Positions 38,801-45,027 of a stretch of 45,027 nt of DNA are shown piece after piece. Source of the stretch: Nemertoderma westbladi (taxonomy: Eukaryota > Animalia > Xenacoelomorpha); contig JAUCBJ010000364.1 in the NCBI GenBank assembly GCA_032718475.1, positions 1 to 45,027 on the forward strand. The letters are read 5' to 3'. The stretch's first letter is position 1, and each line of letters starts with the position of its first letter. A program made the position numbers and the translations under genes. The notes below the pieces were generated by a model. The model searched no databases and was not told the origin of the DNA. It saw nothing but the letters and a program-made list of their open reading frames with translations.

Positions 38801-41800
38801 ACTACACTGTAAGTACTGGACATTGATTGTGTGTGGTGTATACTACACTGTAAGTACTGGACGTTGATTGTGTGTGGTGTATAATGTACACTGTAAGTAC
38901 TGTACGTTGATTGTGTGTGGTGTATACTGTACACAGTAAGTACTGTACGTTGATTGCGTGTGGTGTATACTGTACACAGTAAGTACTGTACGTTGATTGT
39001 GTGTGGTGTATACTGTACACAGTAAGTACTGTGCGTTGATTGTGTGTGGTGTATACGACACTGTAAGTACTGGACGTTGATTGTTTGTGGTGTATACGAC
39101 ACTGTAAGTACTGGACATTGATTGCAGTACTGGACATTGATTGCGTGTGGTGTATACTACACTGTAAGTACTGGACGTTGATTGTGTGTGGTGTATACTA
39201 CACTGTAAGTACTGGACGTTGATTGTGTGTGGTGTATACTACACTGTAAGTACTGGACATTGATTGTTTGTGGTGTATACGACACTGTAAGTACTGGACA
39301 TTGATTGTGTGTGGTGTATACTGTACACAGTAAGTACTGTGCGTTGATAGTGTGGTGGTGTATACTACACTGTAAGTACTGGACGTTGATTGCGTGTGGT
39401 GTATACTACACTGTAAGTACTGGACATTGATTGTGTGTGGTGTATACTACACTGTAAGTACTGGACATTGATTGTGTGTGGTGTATACTGTACACAGTAA
39501 GTACTGTGCGTTGATAGTGTGGTGGTGTATACTACACTGTAAGTACTGGACGTTGATTGCGTGTGGTGTATACTACACTGTAAGTACTGGACATTGATTG
39601 TGTGTGGTGTATACTACACTGTAAGTACTGGACATTGATTGTGTGTGGTGTATACTACACTGTAAGTACTGGACATTGATTGTGTGTGGTGTATACTACA
39701 CTGTAAGTACTGGACGTTGATTGTGTGTGGTGTATACTACACTGTAAGTACTGGACATTGATTGTTTGTGGTGTATACGACACTGTAAGTACTGGACGTT
39801 GATTGTTTGTGGTGTATACGACATTGTAAGTACTGGACGTTGATTGTTTGTGGTGTATACTACACTGTAAGTACTGGACATTGATTGTGTGTGGTGTATA
39901 CTGTACACAGTAAGTACTGGACATTGATTGCAGTACTGGACATTGATTGCGTGTGGTGTATACTACACTGTAAGTACTGGACGTTGATTGTGTGTGGTGT
40001 ATACTACACTGTAAGTACTGGACGTTGATTGTGTGTGGTGTATACTACACTGTAAGTACTGGACATTGATTGTTTGTGGTGTATACGACACTGTAAGTAC
40101 TGGACGTTGATTGTTTATGGTGTATACGACACTGTAAGTACTGGACGTTGATTGTGTGTGGTGTATACTACACTGTAAGTACTGGACATTGATTGTTTGT
40201 GGTGTATACGACACTGTAAGTACTGGACGTTGATTGTTTGTGGTGTATACGACACTGTAAGTACTGGACGTTGATTGTTTGTGGTGTATACTACACTGTA
40301 AGTACTGGACATTGATTGTGTGTGGTGTATACTACACTGTAAGTACTGGACATTGATTGTTTGTGGTGTATACGACACTGTAAGTACTGGACGTTGATTG
40401 TGTGTGGTGTATACGACACTGTAAGTACTGGACGTTGATTGTGTGGTGGTGTATACTACACTGTAAGTACTGGACATTGATTGTGTGTGGTGTATACTGT
40501 ACACAGTAAGTACTGTGCGTTGATTGTGTGGTGGTGTATACTACACTGTAAGTACTGGACGTTGATTGTGTGTGGTGTATACTGTACACAGTAAGTACTG
40601 GACATTGATTGCAGTACTGGACATTGATTGCGTGTGGTGTATACTACACTGTAAGTACTGGACGTTGATTGTGTGTGGTGTATACTACACTGTAAGTACT
40701 GGACGTTGATTGTGTGTGGTGTATACTACACTGTAAGTACTGGACATTGATTGTTTGTGGTGTATACGACACTGTAAGTACTGGACATTGATTGTTTGTG
40801 GTGTATACGACACTGTAAGTACTGGACGTTGATTGTTTGTGGTGTATACGACACTGTAAGTACTGGACGTTGATTGTGTGTGGTGTATACGACACTGTAA
40901 GTACTGGACGTTGATTGTGTGGTGGTGTATACTACACTGTAAGTACTGGACATTGATTGTGTGTGGTGTATACTGTACACAGTAAGTACTGTGCGTTGAT
41001 TGTGTGGTGGTGTATACTACACTGTAAGTACTGGACGTTGATTGTGTGTGGTGTATACTGTACACAGTAAGTACTGGACGTTGATTGTGTGTGGTGTATA
41101 CTACACAGTAAGTACTGTACGTTGATTGTTTGTGGTGTATACGACACTGTAAGTACTGGACATTGATTGCAGTACTGGACATTGATTGCGTGTGGTGTAT
41201 ACTACACTGTAAGTACTGGGCGTTGATTGTGTGTGGTGTATACTACACTGTAAGTACTGGACATTGATTGTGTGTGGTGTATACTGTACACAGTAAGTAC
41301 TGTACGTTGATTATGTGGTGGTGTATACTACACAGTAAGTACTGTACGTTGATTGTGTGTGGTGTATACTGTACACTGTAAGTACTGGACGTTGATTGTG
41401 TGTGGTGTATACTGTACACTGTAAGTACTGGACGTTGATTGTGTGTGGTGTATACTACACTGTAAGTACTGGACGTTGATTGTTTGTGGTGTATACGACA
41501 CTGTAAGTACTGGACATTGATTGCAGTACTGGACATTGATTGTGTGGTGGTGTATACTACACTGTAAGTACTGGACATTGATTGTGTGTGGTGTATACTG
41601 TACACTGTAAGTACTGGACGTTGATTGTGTGTGGTGTATACTACACAGTAAGTACTGTACGTTGATTGTGTGTGGTGTATACTACACTGTAAGTACTGGA
41701 CGTTGATTGTGTGTGGTGTATACGACACTGTAAGTACTGGACGTTGATTGTGTGTGGTGTATACTGTACACAGTAAGTACTGTACGTTGATTGTGTGGTG

Positions 41801-42170
41801 GTGTATACTGTACACAGTAAGTACTGTACGTTGATTGTGTGTGGTGTATACTACACAGTAAGTACTGGACGTTGATTGTGTGTGGTGTATACTGTACACA
41901 GTAAGTACTGTACGTTAATTGTGTGGTGGTGTATACTACACTGTAAGTACTGGACGTTGATTGTGTGTGGTGTATACTACACTGTAAGTACTGGACGTTG
42001 ATTGTGTGTGGTGTATACTACACAGTAAGTACTGGACGTTGATTGTGTGTGGTGTATACTGTACACAGTAAGTACTGTACGTTGATTGTGTGGTGGTGTA
42101 TACTACACTGTAAGTACTGGACGTTGATTGTGTGTGGTGTATACTACACTGTGAGTACTGGACATTGATT
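32855..42170. repeat. Higher-order duplication in satellite D: ~32855-36324 repeated at +5317, and ~37480-38000 repeated at +4173
   Basis: Identical ORF pairs offset by 5317 (e.g. 33192/38509, 35615/40932). Shared rare variants: acactaagt, gatagtg, tttatgg and ctgggcg at +5317; gttaattg and ctgtgagt at +4173. Confidence 0.9.
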
Positions 42171-43825
42171 GTTTGTGGTGTATACGACACAGTAAGTACT
42201 GTACGTTGATTATGTGGTGGTGTATACTACACTGTAAGTACTGGACGTTGATTGTGTGTGGTGTATACGACACAGTAAGTACTGGACGTTGATTGTGTGG
42301 TGGTGTATACTACACTGTAAGTACTGGACGTTGATTAAAAATTGGAGAGATACGCCTATTCCTACTATCGGAAGAGACGGTAACAATACCTGCAATATCC
42401 TACTGTAAAGTTTGTAAATCAAATCATAAATCCGACCTTCTCACCAAAACAGTAAACCCCAAGTAAGCGAATATATTGCAGTATCGATCTCTTTTAACCG
42501 GTGAGGCAGAAAACAGTCTACGAGCAGACAAACTTCGATAAAACAAAATCCCGCGCAGCGAATCCTAAAATCAGGCTGACTCACTGACGGACTAAGGGGC
42601 TCGTATACTTTGCCGCGGTGTGATTTATATGGTTGGGCAAAGGGACGCTAGCTAGGTGTAGAGCAGATTTAGAGATGTCTAACTAGCGAGCAAAGTGCAG
42701 TAAGGACGAAAGTTAATTTTATATATTTCGAGGTGTAAATAAATTTTAACGCGCGTGTGTTAATTCTGAACGGTCAAAGCAGTTTTGCTCCTTCACATAT
42801 ATAATTACTGGGTACGGTGTGCATTTTACGAATATTCTAATTTTATAACTTGTAGGTCCAATACTCACGAATGATAAGGTTCCTTCCCCTCTTGCGTATT
42901 TCCAGGACTCAAATTCAGGCATAAGGTTAATACTACGCCCAGAATTCGGCAATTTTAGGTACCAGGTCCCTAATACTGAGAAGAGATGTGTTAGTTTACT
43001 ACTGTAGGCGTACGGGTACTAATAGCTATCCTGGCTCCTATCTAGAATTTTAGTCACCCAGGTAGTCCGGGTAACTTCCTATTAGGGCGTTGGCGGGGAC
43101 ACGGTAGATGTTAGTATATCCCTGATAGCCTCAATTTATTTGCGCCTAGCGTAAACTGCCCTACCGCCTGAACGGTACAATCCCAATTCAGGTGAAAACA
43201 CAGCAACCCCCTAGCCTACAAGTTCTGATGTAATGGACACTGTTGTACGGCAAATAGTCGCACACACACCTGTACTTAGCAAGAGTTAAGCGTACAGTTT
43301 GCTGCACCCTAACCAATGTGTATGCCTTGTACCGGTGTGCCTACGTCCTATCTGCGTACTAGTATCTGCTCTCTCTCCCTCTCCCCCGTAGGAATATGAA
43401 GGTCTACTGCGGTTTTTCCCTGAATCAAGACAGTACAGTCCCTATGATGTAATTTTGGGCTCACAGCGTGTCACTACGTCTACCTTTGATCTTTTGGTCT
43501 TACACTTAGGTAGCAAGGATCGAACGCTGTCTAACCTTTCAGGCGATGGGCGAATAACTTTAAATGGTATTGCGGGTCGTCTCTCGTCTACATTCCCGTG
43601 ATGTTCCCGTTCATTGCTGCGGCCCGATCTCTAGCTGGCCATCCTGTCCCTGAGTTTATTCACCGTAGTGAAACCATAGTAAAACAGAAAGGCTGAGGGA
43701 ATATTCTGACTTTATTACAGAAGACACAATTATAATACAATGTAATCTGAGAATAAACTAAGCACGACAGAATAAATCTGAGAATAGTGAAGTAATTGAT
43801 TGATAACTAATGAACGAATCGCACC

Positions 43826-43973
43826 TTTATATACTAAATTTGTGCCGCAATCAATCGAGAAAATTCTCGATTGTTCTATGAGTTCTAACAAGGTTTTAAA
43901 GATAGCTTATTGGTCCAGCTAATATATAACTTGCACGACATTGGTTACAATCAAATAACTACAGCCTTATTGG
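43826..43973 (-). promoter_or_regulatory. Pol II promoter-like module: three CCAAT boxes, a heat-shock element and a TATA box
   Basis: Plus-strand ATTGG at 43909, 43940 and 43969 (spacing 31 and 29). Alternating nGAAn/nTTCn pentamers at 43853-43877. TTTATATA at 43826-43833. Confidence 0.6.
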
Positions 43974-44030
43974 TACAGATAAATGCAATTAATTTGTAGC
44001 GGTTAATTTAAATGAGTTGAAATTCTGCAC

Positions 44031-44117
44031 AAAAAATAATTCGCACTTACTAGGATTCGAACTCGATACCTACTATACTTATAATTTCCAACGCTCTACC
44101 AACTGAGCTACTGAACC
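44031..44117 (-). pseudogene. tRNA-derived sequence (tRNA pseudogene or SINE head) with Pol III A box, B box and T6 run
   Basis: Minus strand GGTTCAG-TAGCTCAGTTGGTAGAGC-...-GAGTTCGAATCC-...-TTTTTT. The D arm is intact, but the acceptor and anticodon stems do not pair. Confidence 0.75.
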
Positions 44118-44459
44118 ACTTGACCGATAGATGCATAATAGATAGAACCAATACTAATGAGAACTCAAAGCAATCTTTACAAAGTTAGTTCGAATAAAAT
44201 AAATTTTTGAAAATCCACGGCATTTAGGGAATATAATTCTATACCGCTCCATGAAAACAGGATATTATCGTGCATAAAATATACGGTTTTCACCAATAAT
44301 CAATCAAACTATAGAATACTTAGGGCGTACTTACATATTTACAATTAAGTTTCAAACAATACTTCCTTTCTACGTAATGATTCGATACAAAATAATTACA
44401 AATTCAAACTTTACGTATTTAAGGCTTTACTGAGTAAGTACAATATAAATCTAAATTAA

Positions 44460-45027
44460 ATTCACCAATATAAATCTATTGCATCTCAAATATTGCATAA
44501 ATTCAAACAATTACAAATACAAATAAATGAAAACAATAAGAAAGGCTCGCAAGTCTTCCATCTACTATTGCATCTCAAATATTGCATAAATTCAAGTAAT
44601 TACAAATACTTTCGTACCTAAATGTAGATTGCATAGGTTTGGAATAATTACAAATATGAGTCTTTCTGAGCACAAAATTTTCTGTCTATAAAACTTTCTC
44701 TTTAGGTACAAATACTGCTTATAAAATGTAAATTGCATAATATTCGGAACAATATAAATTGCATAAGTTCAGAATAATATAAATTGCATAAGTTCGAAAT
44801 AATCACGTAAATATAAGATATAAATTCTTACTAAATATAAATCTTACTAAATATAAGTCTTTACTTAAATATTAATATAAACTGCATAAGTTTAGAATAA
44901 TATAAACCTTTGCATCTCAAATATGAAACATAAATCTTTCAAATATAAGTTCCTTCTAAATATAAACTTTCTAAATTTCATAAATTCGGAACAATACAAA
45001 TTGTATGAGTTTTCTAAATATAAAACA
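44460..45027. repeat. AT-rich imperfect direct repeats (AATATAAATTGCATAAGTTC-like and TATTGCATCTCAAATATTGCATAAATTCAA)
   Basis: A ~30-bp block recurs at ~44477 and ~44566. A ~25-bp motif recurs between 44730 and 45010. Confidence 0.7.

Larger units (their letters stand above)
12279..42336. repeat. Satellite D: 41-44-bp tandem array, e.g. AAGTACTGGACGTTGATTGTGTGTGGTGTATACTGTACACAGT, roughly 640 copies, interrupted by two RTE copies
   Basis: Directly visible. Length variants come from TACTGTACAC/TACTACAC/TACGACAC and GTGTGTGG/GTGTGGTGG. Shares TGTGTGGTGTATACTGTACA and CAGTAAGTAC with satellite C. Confidence 0.98.
42337..45027 (-). mobile_element. Putative LTR retrotransposon 5' portion: LTR-like segment (from ~43677 toward the window end) followed by a non-coding leader cut off by satellite D
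   Basis: Minus-strand order: CCAAT x3, TATATAAA (43833-43826), AATAAA (43716-43711), ...TTTTACTA, then TGG (43676-43674) at the PBS position. No gag/pol, second LTR or identified primer tRNA, so the call rests on architecture alone. Confidence 0.45.

Noticed and set aside
9404-42336. The many YSIHHT/TINVQY ORFs
   Set aside because: Translations of satellites C and D. Frames shift with monomer length.
50-42336. CRISPR array
   Set aside because: Units are head-to-tail with no unique spacers, there are no cas genes, and the context is eukaryotic (spliced exon, LINEs).
12279-42336. Telomeric repeat (TGTGTGGTGT resembles budding-yeast telomeres)
   Set aside because: The array is internal, flanked by unique DNA on both sides, and apparently intronic. 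The resemblance is short and low-complexity.
42210-42952. Short minus-strand ORFs (70 and 68 aa) as gag or TTLL exons
   Set aside because: No recognisable gag or TTL motifs, and one runs into satellite.
44042-44117. Functional tRNA gene
   Set aside because: The acceptor stem (GGTTCAG versus the 3' end) and the anticodon arm do not pair.

Overview
Eukaryotic, probably invertebrate, DNA that is about 83% tandem repeat. One 323-bp coding exon of a TTLL3/TTLL8-type tubulin glycylase gene lies on the minus strand (9012-9334) and is only partly captured by the ORF track. It has just ~40 bp and ~65 bp of ordinary intron on either side. The rest of the window appears to be intronic and holds four satellite arrays (27, 42, 49 and 41-44 bp units). 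It also holds three copies of one RTE-clade non-LTR retrotransposon (a 3' end at 1-53 and two identical 5'-truncated RT-coding copies produced by a 2929-bp tandem duplication), a 3' fragment of a second LINE, and an unclassified 890-bp insert. The right end is an LTR-like segment with a tRNA-like Pol III cassette and a CCAAT/HSE/TATA promoter. The most notable signals are satellite-driven intron gigantism around an axoneme-modifying gene and a close sequence link between the RTE 3' tail and the satellites. Nearly all long ORFs in the track are repeat artefacts.
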